Shown one piece after another: positions 54,172-61,756 of a DNA stretch of 64,000 nt (position 1 is the stretch's first letter; the number at the start of each line of letters is the position of its first letter). This stretch comes from an uncultured Planctomycetaceae bacterium (GTDB taxonomy: Bacteria > Planctomycetota > Planctomycetia > Planctomycetales > Planctomycetaceae): positions 17,791 to 81,790 of the forward strand of contig CAZYAZ010000005.1 of the NCBI GenBank assembly GCA_964646205.1, read 5' to 3'. A model generated the notes under the pieces. It was not told the DNA's origin. It saw only the letters and a program-made list of their open reading frames with translations, and searched no databases. The position numbers were made by a program, and so were the translations under genes.

Positions 54172-56021
54172 ACGGGCAGCGAGCCGATGTCGGTGTCTTC
54201 CAGCATCTGGTCGAAGATTGCGGTCACTCGTCCCTGGAGTTCGGAGAAGAACTCGCTGGTGACAAAGTGAGGCAGTTCGATGTTTGGGTATTCCTGCAGA
54301 GCATCGCCGGGAAGCGTGTAATCGTCGATTGTCATTCCCTGCAGTTTTTCGAGCCGGTAACCCCGTAGGAACGTTCGGACGGTCATGTCACGCAATGACT
54401 CTGCAGTGACATCCAGGCCGGTCAACTCTCCGACGGCAGCAGCCACGGCCGGAGCACCTAGCCCCGCGAATTTGCAGATTCCGACCATGTCGTAGGGGAA
54501 CTGTACGAGTCCGCGGTCGGGGTCAGTGATGGCACCAACCCAGTAGTCCATGCTGGTTTCGCCTTCAAAGAGCAGTAGCAAAAAGGTTCGCATGGACATG
54601 TGTCCGCCCGCCATTGCCCACGGGTATCCGGGGTTGGTCTGGGGCAGGTAGGCCGGCAATTCCACACCCTTGCAGTGCATGGCGTAGCCGGGATCATCGA
54701 GTGCTTCACCCATTCGCAGAACGCCGTGGCCGAGAAGTTCGTGCCGGCCTTCGGCAGCATCTGTGAGTGCGGTCAGGATGCTCTGGAAATCGCCATAACG
54801 CGGGCCGCCTGGGAGGGCCTGGCCGTCGTCGCTGTGGCGTCGGTTGTACTCCATGAGGTAACTCAGGGAGACGCCGCATGATATGGAATCCATGCCGAGT
54901 TCGTCGACAAGTTCCACGATGGTGCAGGCCTGGTCAGCGTCGAAGATGCCGATGTTGCTGGCCAGCAGGTTGAGCGGCTCGTAGTCCAGCTTGGCCCGGA
55001 ATTGTCCCGCTTTGCCATCGTCACCAATGTCATAGACGTTCTTGTGACACTTGATGCCACAGCGATAACACGATTCGTCCTTGATGACGAACTGGCCGCT
55101 CTCCTGGACCGTTTGGCGATGAAGGACGAAAGACGAGTCGGTGCCCGTCGGATTGAAATTCATCTCCGGCAGTGCATGTTTCTGGTTCAGCGGGACATAA
55201 TTGGCCCAGGTGCCACCGAGGCGGTCCGTGGCGTTGTCGCGGAAGCGGGCGCTGCCGTCACCCTTGGCAACTTCCTTGTTGAGTTCGGTGAAACTGGGCG
55301 CGTCCGGGTCACGAACGTCGGCCGTGTCGGCGACTATGGCCAGCAGGTTCTTGGATCCCATGATGCTGCCCATGCCGCCGCGTCCGCAGAACCGAGGCTT
55401 GGGGTCACCACTCTTCAGCTGGTTTTCGGTCGAAAGGGCAACCGCCGCGTACCGGACTGACTGGTAGTTTTCACCGGCCGGGCCGATCACCGCGAAGTGG
55501 GCGTTGTCGCCGAAACGTTGTTTGAGTGCCTGGATCTTGGCATTCACACGGAGTCCGGACAGGTCGGTTGCATCCTCGAGGCGCATCGTGACAGGGCTGT
55601 CGGGTTCCTCAGATTCTCTGCCGATGTAGAGAAGCACCGGAGTGTCGCTGCGGCCAGTGAAGGAAATCTCGTCGAGGTCCAGGTAGCGGAGCTTGGTTCC
55701 AAACTTTCCGCTGCCGGCGGACCACATGGCCGAGGGCTGTCCGGTGAGTGAACGCTTCAGGGGCGAATAGGCCAGGAAATATGTCCGAAGACCAGTCATG
55801 GCGTTCGAGCCGGAGAGGACGCCAAGCGTCAAGAGCAACGTGGCATCCGGGTCGTAGGCATCCTCGACCGGACAGGATTCCATCAGCTTGAAGCCGCGTG
55901 CGATTCCCCCAAGAACATCTTCGAGGTCCTCGCACTGGTGTTTCTGGGAACCGATCTCGCCATTTCCAAGATCGACGCTGTAACGGGTGTAGGCGTGGTC
56001 GGAGACGGTGGTGGTCGTCAT
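54168..56021 (-). CDS. aldehyde:ferredoxin oxidoreductase (AOR) family tungsto/molybdopterin enzyme
   Basis: The length (617 aa) and N-terminal AFOR_N-like region fit the family. The CYRCGIKC motif (Cx2Cx3C) matches the [4Fe-4S] ligands of AOR enzymes. Confidence 0.8.
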   Translation of the reverse strand: MTTTTVSDHAYTRYSVDLGNGEIGSQKHQCEDLEDVLGGIARGFKLMESCPVEDAYDPDATLLLTLGVLSGSNAMTGLRTYFLAYSPLKRSLTGQPSAMWSAGSGKFGTKLRYLDLDEISFTGRSDTPVLLYIGRESEEPDSPVTMRLEDATDLSGLRVNAKIQALKQRFGDNAHFAVIGPAGENYQSVRYAAVALSTENQLKSGDPKPRFCGRGGMGSIMGSKNLLAIVADTADVRDPDAPSFTELNKEVAKGDGSARFRDNATDRLGGTWANYVPLNQKHALPEMNFNPTGTDSSFVLHRQTVQESGQFVIKDESCYRCGIKCHKNVYDIGDDGKAGQFRAKLDYEPLNLLASNIGIFDADQACTIVELVDELGMDSISCGVSLSYLMEYNRRHSDDGQALPGGPRYGDFQSILTALTDAAEGRHELLGHGVLRMGEALDDPGYAMHCKGVELPAYLPQTNPGYPWAMAGGHMSMRTFLLLLFEGETSMDYWVGAITDPDRGLVQFPYDMVGICKFAGLGAPAVAAAVGELTGLDVTAESLRDMTVRTFLRGYRLEKLQGMTIDDYTLPGDALQEYPNIELPHFVTSEFFSELQGRVTAIFDQMLEDTDIGSLPV

Positions 56022-56064
56022 GACGAGTCCTGGTTTGGAGGTGCCATCCGGGTGTCAGCAGACG

Positions 56065-56090
56065 CGGTCGGTCATCATATACACCGACCG
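56065..56090 (-). other. 8-bp inverted repeat (CGGTCGGT / ACCGACCG, 10-nt loop) between the PQQ-dehydrogenase stop and the AOR start
   Basis: Read directly. It can be extended by a G:U and a C:G pair. No U-tract on the transcribed (minus) strand, so it is not a canonical terminator. Confidence 0.25.
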
Positions 56091-56150
56091 TGCCACGATA
56101 ACAACTCGTCGTGGCGGCCGGCGTGGAATGATTCCCGAGGCTATGGCTGG

Positions 56151-58130
56151 TTACTTGCCTTTTTGGGTGGCCCGACGGTCGAAGCGATGGATGCCGCGGC
56201 CGTTGACCGTCTCGGTGGCGAAATACACTTCCCCCGACTCGTCTTCGCCAAATGCCAGGACAGGCATCCGGTTTGACGGGATTCGGAAGTTCTTTTCCAC
56301 CCGGCCGGTTTTCTCGTTGATCTTCAGGGCCCAGATTTTCCCGGAGACGAAATCGGCGTAAAGATAATGGCCGCGAAGTTCTGGGAGCCGCTTGCCTCGA
56401 TAGACGAGGCCACCGGTGATTGATTTACCGACCTGGTGGTCATACTCCCAGACAGGATCAATCGGGGGGTCGGCTGGTGGTTTGGGTGAATTGCCAAAGT
56501 TGAAACTGGCCTCTTTGAGGCTCCAGCCGTAGTTGCCCCCCTTGCGGATGATGTTGACCTCTTCCCAGAGATCCTGTCCGACGTCACCGACCCACAAGTT
56601 GCCGGTTTTTCGATCGAACGAGAGCCTCCAGACATTTCGGAGACCATAGGCGAAGAGTTCCGGGCGGGCTCCCTTTCGACCGAGGAAAGGGTTGTCACGC
56701 GGGATCGCGTATTCCAGCCCCTTGTCCTTGTGGTCGACGTCGATTCGCAGCAGGCCCCCCAGGAGGTTGGACAGGTTCTGGGCTGTCCGTTCGGGGTCGT
56801 TGCGACCGCCACCGTCACCCATTCCAAGGTACAGGTACCCGTCGGGTCCGAAGGCCATCGGGCCACCGTTGTGGTTGGCGAAAGGTTGTGGAATCGTCAT
56901 CAAAACACGCTCGGAACTCGGGTCGGCACGATTGGGGTCGGTGCCGGTCACCCGGAATTCCGAAAGGATCGAGTCGTGCCCTTTTCGGGAGTGGGTGTAG
57001 TAGATGTAGAACTTTCCGTTGGTCTTGAATTTTGGATGGAAACACAGGCCCAGCATTCCCTCTTCGTTCTCGACCTTCCACTGCCGCACCCGGTCACTGA
57101 TGTCCAGAAACAGGGATGTTTGTGTGGCGCCCGGCGTGGTTTTGAGAGTGTGGATGGTTCCTCCCTGTGTGCCGATGAACAGACGTCCGCTTCCGTCGCG
57201 TGCGTGTTCGATCATCATTGGCCGCATTGGCTTGATTTTGCCTTTTTCGTCGACACCTTCCCAACCTTCCCACTTCAATTTTGGGAATGCGTCGGAAACC
57301 TGCAGGGCCAGGGTGCCGTCAATCGGATCAGGGACGGTCCCCGATTTGTCCAGGACACGAATCTTGATGTTGCGATATGAGACCGCATTGCCGTGATCTT
57401 GGAGGCAAATGTGGCCCGTCGTGGCTTTTCCAAATTCCTTGTAACGGGAGAACTTGCTCTTCTTCACACGGGCGTCCCAGTCCTTGCTGCCCTTTTGGAA
57501 GTAGTAGTAGCTGATGCCGTTGATGGCCACTTCGCACTTGCTGGGATGGATTCTCAGGTACACGTGATTCCATTGGCCGGCGGGGCGTGTGGCGTCGTCG
57601 ACATCGGGGCTCTTGTAACCGACCTGGTTCTCGAAACGAATCGCCCAGGCGGGCTTCAGGGGTTTGTAGAGTTGGTAGAGCCAACCAGATTTTTGTGGGT
57701 CGTGGCCGTCGACGTTGTCCTGGACCTGGATCTCGGGGCCGCTATGCCACGGAGCTCCGTGATCTTCGGTCACGTGGAACATGATCCCGCTGTTGCCCCC
57801 CTTTGAAATCTTGTACTCGAGGGACAGTTCGAAATTGGCGTATTTGTCCACCGTGACGATGTCTCCTGCACCACGCCCTGTTCGAACCAGGCTTCCATCC
57901 TGGATCTTCCAGCCCTTTCCGATGCCGGGTTTGCGGTAATTCCGCCATCCCTTGGTCGTTTTCCCGTCGAAAAGAAGCTTCCAACCGCCGCGACGTTGGC
58001 TGTCGGTCAATTGGTTGGGCTGATGCCCAGCCAGGAGCGTCGGGGCGTGGCACGAGAGGGTAATTCCGATGACCAGCGATGCTGTGTGCAACCGCAGCCC
58101 TATTGACGCACGCAAAATGTTGACCAACAC
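56151..58130 (-). CDS. fusion protein: DUF1080 (3-keto-disaccharide-hydrolase-like) + PQQ-dependent sugar dehydrogenase beta-propeller
   Basis: DUF1080 region: GWKLLFDGKTTKGWRNY, NSGIMFHV, EIQVQDN, GHICLQDHGNAVSYRNIKIR. sGDH-like region: FANHNGGPMAFGPDGYLYLGMGDGGGRNDP, GLRNVWRLSFD, GGNYGW. The start is uncertain (GTG 58130 gives VLVNILRASIGLRLHTASLVIGITLSCHA). The track start 58247 adds a non-signal extension. Confidence 0.7.
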   Translation of the reverse strand: MLVNILRASIGLRLHTASLVIGITLSCHAPTLLAGHQPNQLTDSQRRGGWKLLFDGKTTKGWRNYRKPGIGKGWKIQDGSLVRTGRGAGDIVTVDKYANFELSLEYKISKGGNSGIMFHVTEDHGAPWHSGPEIQVQDNVDGHDPQKSGWLYQLYKPLKPAWAIRFENQVGYKSPDVDDATRPAGQWNHVYLRIHPSKCEVAINGISYYYFQKGSKDWDARVKKSKFSRYKEFGKATTGHICLQDHGNAVSYRNIKIRVLDKSGTVPDPIDGTLALQVSDAFPKLKWEGWEGVDEKGKIKPMRPMMIEHARDGSGRLFIGTQGGTIHTLKTTPGATQTSLFLDISDRVRQWKVENEEGMLGLCFHPKFKTNGKFYIYYTHSRKGHDSILSEFRVTGTDPNRADPSSERVLMTIPQPFANHNGGPMAFGPDGYLYLGMGDGGGRNDPERTAQNLSNLLGGLLRIDVDHKDKGLEYAIPRDNPFLGRKGARPELFAYGLRNVWRLSFDRKTGNLWVGDVGQDLWEEVNIIRKGGNYGWSLKEASFNFGNSPKPPADPPIDPVWEYDHQVGKSITGGLVYRGKRLPELRGHYLYADFVSGKIWALKINEKTGRVEKNFRIPSNRMPVLAFGEDESGEVYFATETVNGRGIHRFDRRATQKGK

Positions 58131-58395
58131 GTTGGAATCCTGATGAAAAATGGGTCGTGGTGAATCGCGATTCTCATCGTAATCGTTGGCCGTGTTGAAT
58201 CCCACCGAGCCGGTTGGCCGGCACTCGGCAGCAGCCACATTTGCCACTTGGGCAGCCAGATTGGGTGGTACGGATTACACCACCTACCGAGAACTGCAAC
58301 CACCCCAACAGACAACCCAAACCCCCTAAGTTAGTCATTTGTTTATTCACGATTGGTGTGGGAGATGTCGAAAATATGCATGTTGAAGGGCATGT

Positions 58396-58479
58396 CTGGT
58401 GCACCGGTTCTAATGCGAGCATTGCCTGGGTCGATCATGACCGGGGTGGCTGCTCTGAGGAACGAAGGGGCTGCACCAG
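58396..58479 (+). other. possible structured 5-prime leader element upstream of the beta-barrel gene
   Basis: CTGGTGCA (58396-58403) pairs with TGCACCAG (58472-58479) and encloses small hairpins such as AATGC-GAG-GCATT. It ends 46 nt before ATG 58526. An 8-bp match at this distance is only weakly non-random. Confidence 0.15.
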
Positions 58480-58525
58480 CAAACTCAGTTGTAATCGACA
58501 TAGTCGAACGAAGAGGGAGTAAACG

Positions 58526-59791
58526 ATGAATATGGGAACACTGAAGACTTTCGTTGCTGGCCTGACGCTGGTTTCGTTCAGCGCCCTGCCGGCTTTTGCC
58601 GCAGGACCTGAAGCCGGTCCGGTGAAACAGGTTGGCTTGTTCGCGAAGAAAGCCGAAGACTGCGCGAAAGACGCGAAGAAGGTCGCCGACAAGAAAGCCG
58701 GCGATTCAAAGAAGAAGGCCGGTTGTGACAACGGTTGCGACGGCGACGGCGATGGAGACTGTGACCTGCTGCAACGCGCGATGAACTCGACCGACTTGGG
58801 CAGCCGTTTGTCCGACGCCGGGCTGAGTGTCAGCGGTTTCCTGCAGATGGGATACCACAGTGACAGCAACGGGCTGTTCAACCAGCATCCCGATGACCTG
58901 AACATCAACCAGATGTATCTCGCCATCGAGAAGGCTGCCGATCCCGATGCCGATCTCGGCGTTGGTTTCCGCGTTGATCTGGTCTACGGTGTTGATGCCG
59001 ACGAACTGCAGTCGTTCGGTAACTCCAACAACGACTTCGATAACGATGCCGATTGGGACCATGGTATTTACGGCTGGGCCATGCCGCAGTTGTACGCCAC
59101 GGTTGATCGCGACGACCTGAGTTTGAAGGTTGGTCACTTCTACGCCGGTCTCGGCCTGGAAAGTGCCAATCCGAATAACAACTTCTTCTACAGCCGTTCC
59201 AAGGCGATGTACAACAGCCAGCCGCGTACGCTGACCGGCGTGATGGCTGACTACAACATCACCGAAGAACTGACGACCAGCTTCGGTTGGACCGCCGGTT
59301 GGGACACTGGTTTCGACCAGGGTAACGATGGGGACTCTTCCCAGGGAAGCACCTTGGTTTCGGCCGTGAGCTTTGAACTTGTTGAGGACGAAGTCGCGGT
59401 GACCTACGCCGTGACCGTGGGTGACCTCGGTAGTCGAGGCGAAGGTTACGCACACAGTGTGTACGCCGAACTCGAAATCGAAGACGAGATCTACTACGGG
59501 ATCGAGTCTGTCCTCGTCGAGACCAACAGTGGCACGCTGGGCCACATGCACGATGTTGGGATCTCCCAGACCCTGAGCACCTCGGTCACCGACACGTTGT
59601 CGGCTGGTGCACGGATCGAATGGTGGAAGCGCAACGGACAGTCGGAATACGACCTGACGTTCGGTTTGAACATCAAACCTCGCGATTGCATCGTGATTCG
59701 ACCCGAAGTGCGGACCGACTGGGGCGCCCAGACGGCCACGGGTGAAGAGGACCAGTCGATCTTCGGTATCGACGTGATCCTGACCTACTAG
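58526..59791 (+). CDS. outer-membrane beta-barrel (porin-like) protein with Lys-rich and Cys/Asp-rich N-terminal linker
   Basis: AGAGGGAG RBS. Signal peptide MNMGTLKTFVAGLTLVSFSALPAFA. KKAEDCAKDAKKVADKKAGDSKKKAGCDNGCDGDGDGDCD linker. Alternating beta-strand pattern and C-terminal aromatic residue (...IDVILTY). Confidence 0.6.
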   Translation: MNMGTLKTFVAGLTLVSFSALPAFAAGPEAGPVKQVGLFAKKAEDCAKDAKKVADKKAGDSKKKAGCDNGCDGDGDGDCDLLQRAMNSTDLGSRLSDAGLSVSGFLQMGYHSDSNGLFNQHPDDLNINQMYLAIEKAADPDADLGVGFRVDLVYGVDADELQSFGNSNNDFDNDADWDHGIYGWAMPQLYATVDRDDLSLKVGHFYAGLGLESANPNNNFFYSRSKAMYNSQPRTLTGVMADYNITEELTTSFGWTAGWDTGFDQGNDGDSSQGSTLVSAVSFELVEDEVAVTYAVTVGDLGSRGEGYAHSVYAELEIEDEIYYGIESVLVETNSGTLGHMHDVGISQTLSTSVTDTLSAGARIEWWKRNGQSEYDLTFGLNIKPRDCIVIRPEVRTDWGAQTATGEEDQSIFGIDVILTY

Positions 59792-59836
59792 GTCGATTCG
59801 GCGAGAATGTCTCGCCAACAGGCTGCTGATACGGAG

Positions 59837-59870
59837 CAGGCCCGGTCCTCGTGACCGGGCCTGTTTCCAT
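59837..59870 (+). terminator. rho-independent terminator after the beta-barrel gene
   Basis: Perfect 11-bp stem CAGGCCCGGTC / GACCGGGCCTG (59837-59847 and 59853-59863) with a 5-nt loop, followed by TTTCCATTT. A second 7-bp hairpin GGCGAGA/TCTCGCC lies at 59800-59816. Confidence 0.55.
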
Positions 59871-59938
59871 TTGACCCCAAACGGAATTGCGGCAATGCTC
59901 TTGTTATGCAACCGAAGATAAGCCTGGGGAGTGAAACG

Positions 59939-60139
59939 GTGAGACGGTCAGTTGTGTTAACAATGGCGTTGGGGTGGTCTGTCGGCGTCGTGTCCGCTGA
60001 GTGCGGCGAACCAACGCCTCGTGCCGTCTCGATTGCCGGGGCGGCGTTTCGCAAAACGTGCCAGCATTGTCACTCGGTCCCCGATTTGAGGTTCGAGACT
60101 GATAGGATGTGGCTGGATCAGGTCCAACGGACCGCCTGA
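59939..60139 (+). CDS. small secreted CxxCH (c-type haem motif) protein, or the N-terminal part of a longer interrupted gene
   Basis: GGGGAG lies 7 nt before GTG 59939. Signal peptide VRRSVVLTMALGWSVGVVSA. FRKTCQHCHSVPD carries the CxxCH. It ends at TGA 60137-60139, and the same frame continues open (see findings). Confidence 0.4.
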   Translation: MRRSVVLTMALGWSVGVVSAECGEPTPRAVSIAGAAFRKTCQHCHSVPDLRFETDRMWLDQVQRTA

Positions 60140-60163
60140 AGTGGAACGGCCCCCAAGGCCCGT

Positions 60164-60763
60164 GTGGCCTTGATGAAATTTCTGGGTTCCGGAGCGCTGA
60201 AACCTCCGAAGTCGGTCCACGTTGCGGCCAGAACCGGAGTTTCCGGTCATGGCCGATTGTTACCGACATTCAAACGCGGGGTCGTCCTTTTTCGAAATGT
60301 GCAAGGGGGTGTGTTTCGGGTCGGTTGGGAACCGATTACGAGGTCGGATCAAGCGGCTGCGTTGCGCGGCAGGAAACGCGTTGTCCCGGACCGGCCCAGG
60401 CCTGGCCGGGCTGGAATGACGACAAGATCCCTCGAAGCGGGTGAGTACACCATCACTGGTTATCGCCTGATTCGACGCGACAAGCGTGGTGTGACGTGGT
60501 TCGTTTCGGCAACGGCCCCACGTGGGATTCGCGAGGTCAAAGTCGTCGCGGGAAAAGAACAAACACTGGAAATCGATCCGACGATTGTTGTTGAGTGTTC
60601 GGCACGGCGGACAAAAATGGGCCTGAGGCTGTCGGTGGCGATCAGTGGCGAAATAGAAGCGGGTTTGTCTATCTATCGGAAGGGGCGCAGGATTCCAATC
60701 GTGTACCGCGTGCTGGGGAATCAAGGAGAAGTCGTCGCAACTGGAAAGATGGAATATGGCTGA
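60164..60763 (+). CDS. hypothetical protein, beta-rich C-terminal half; start undefined
   Basis: Track ORF in the same frame as 59939..60139. GEYTITGYRLIRRDKRGVTWFVSATAPRGIREVKVVAGKEQTLEIDPTIVVE looks like an Ig/beta-sandwich. There is no signal peptide or convincing RBS at GTG 60164, ATG 60173 or ATG 60416. Confidence 0.4.
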   Translation: MALMKFLGSGALKPPKSVHVAARTGVSGHGRLLPTFKRGVVLFRNVQGGVFRVGWEPITRSDQAAALRGRKRVVPDRPRPGRAGMTTRSLEAGEYTITGYRLIRRDKRGVTWFVSATAPRGIREVKVVAGKEQTLEIDPTIVVECSARRTKMGLRLSVAISGEIEAGLSIYRKGRRIPIVYRVLGNQGEVVATGKMEYG

Positions 60764-61056
60764 GGCGGCGGTTTGACGGCTTCGTGTAAGCTGAAGGAAC
60801 TCGAAAAGCGACTGGCCAAGAGCGTTGAAGTGGCTCCCGCCGGATCGACGTTCAGCGCTGTTCCGTTTGACGTTGTGGGCGAACAGTTGGTCCGTTTGCC
60901 ATCTGTCGAATGAACGGAAGACGGCAGGTGTGACACTGGTTGCCGCGGCGCCGGCGATTCGACACACTGAGTTTCTCGGGGAAGAATTGCGGCCGCTGGG
61001 GAACTGCGTCGAGCATGTGACGTGTGGGTCACTGGAATCGTTTTGGGGAAACCGGG

Positions 61057-61707
61057 ATGGGACAGACGCTGGAATTGGGACGTCGAGTCGAGTTGTTGTC
61101 GATGGATCCGCATTGTCACGACATTTCACTGGGGCTGTATCGGCAGGAGAACGGGGACAAGTCGGTTTACCTTGTTCATACGTACAACACGCATGCAGAG
61201 GCAAAATCGAGAGTTGAAGCGATCCAGAGCGGCCTGGTCGAAATGGCCGGGATGGTGTTGACAGGGGACAACTCGGAACTCCTGGCGTTTCCTTGTGGGC
61301 AGCGTCACGAGAAAGCCGTGAGACGGACGTTCCTTGAAGTGTGCAAACATCCGAGTTCCGAAATTGGTGATTCGCTGCCTTTGGTTCGCCGGGATAAGAA
61401 GGCAGAGTGTGAATTGACGATTCAACTGGAAGGGGCCGGGACCTATCGGGTTACGGCCCCGGAAGACGCAGAAATGGGGGCGCGACGTTGCCAGGCCGTG
61501 GCGCGAGGATTTTCGAAACTGTGTGAAATGCTCGTCGACGAATCGGACGCTTCGAGGGTGAGTTTCGACTGTGGATGTAACCATGACCAATTGATGGGCA
61601 GCCTGTTTTTTCGGGCGCAGAACGTGCGTTCCGCTCTGAAAGACGACGAGTTGTCCGCAGCCCGCGGCACCCTGGCCGCGCCAGGCAACCAGGATGGCAA
61701 TCGGTGA
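61057..61707 (+). CDS. hypothetical cytoplasmic protein with 8 Cys (including a CGC pair)
   Basis: GGGGAAACCGGG followed by ATG 61057. MGQTLELGRRVELLSMDPHCHDISLGLYRQ...FDCGCNHDQLMGSLFF. The sequence looks protein-like with no low-complexity bias. I recognise no family. Confidence 0.5.
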   Translation: MGQTLELGRRVELLSMDPHCHDISLGLYRQENGDKSVYLVHTYNTHAEAKSRVEAIQSGLVEMAGMVLTGDNSELLAFPCGQRHEKAVRRTFLEVCKHPSSEIGDSLPLVRRDKKAECELTIQLEGAGTYRVTAPEDAEMGARRCQAVARGFSKLCEMLVDESDASRVSFDCGCNHDQLMGSLFFRAQNVRSALKDDELSAARGTLAAPGNQDGNR

Positions 61708-61756
61708 ACGAGGTAGGCAGATGATAGGCAGTCCCGGGGTGAACGCCGTCGCTGAT

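Noticed and set aside
58248-58525. Cobalamin riboswitch upstream of the beta-barrel gene
   Set aside because: I could not find the conserved GGGAA...GGTG...GCCACTG core or a B12 box. Only generic hairpins are present. It is kept only as a low-interest structured-leader observation.
58706-59911. 401-aa minus-strand ORF opposite the beta-barrel gene
   Set aside because: The plus-strand product has an RBS, a signal peptide, a beta-strand periodicity, a C-terminal aromatic residue and a downstream terminator. The minus-strand ORF would also run through that terminator.
60137-60200. Selenocysteine insertion at TGA 60137-60139
   Set aside because: Only a short stem (about 6 bp with a mismatch) with a CCAA loop follows the TGA (60146-60163). 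It is not a SECIS-like extended hairpin with a G/U-containing apical loop, and no Sec machinery is visible in the window. The same-frame observation remains as a finding, but the Sec interpretation is not supported by what I can see.
60260-61204. 314-aa minus-strand ORF across the unknown-ORF block, and the plus-strand ORF 60825..61217
   Set aside because: The translations are Arg/Ser/Pro/Thr-rich and low in complexity. The plus-strand frames chosen as features look more protein-like, and 61057..61707 has a proper RBS. Neither rejected ORF has start-site support.
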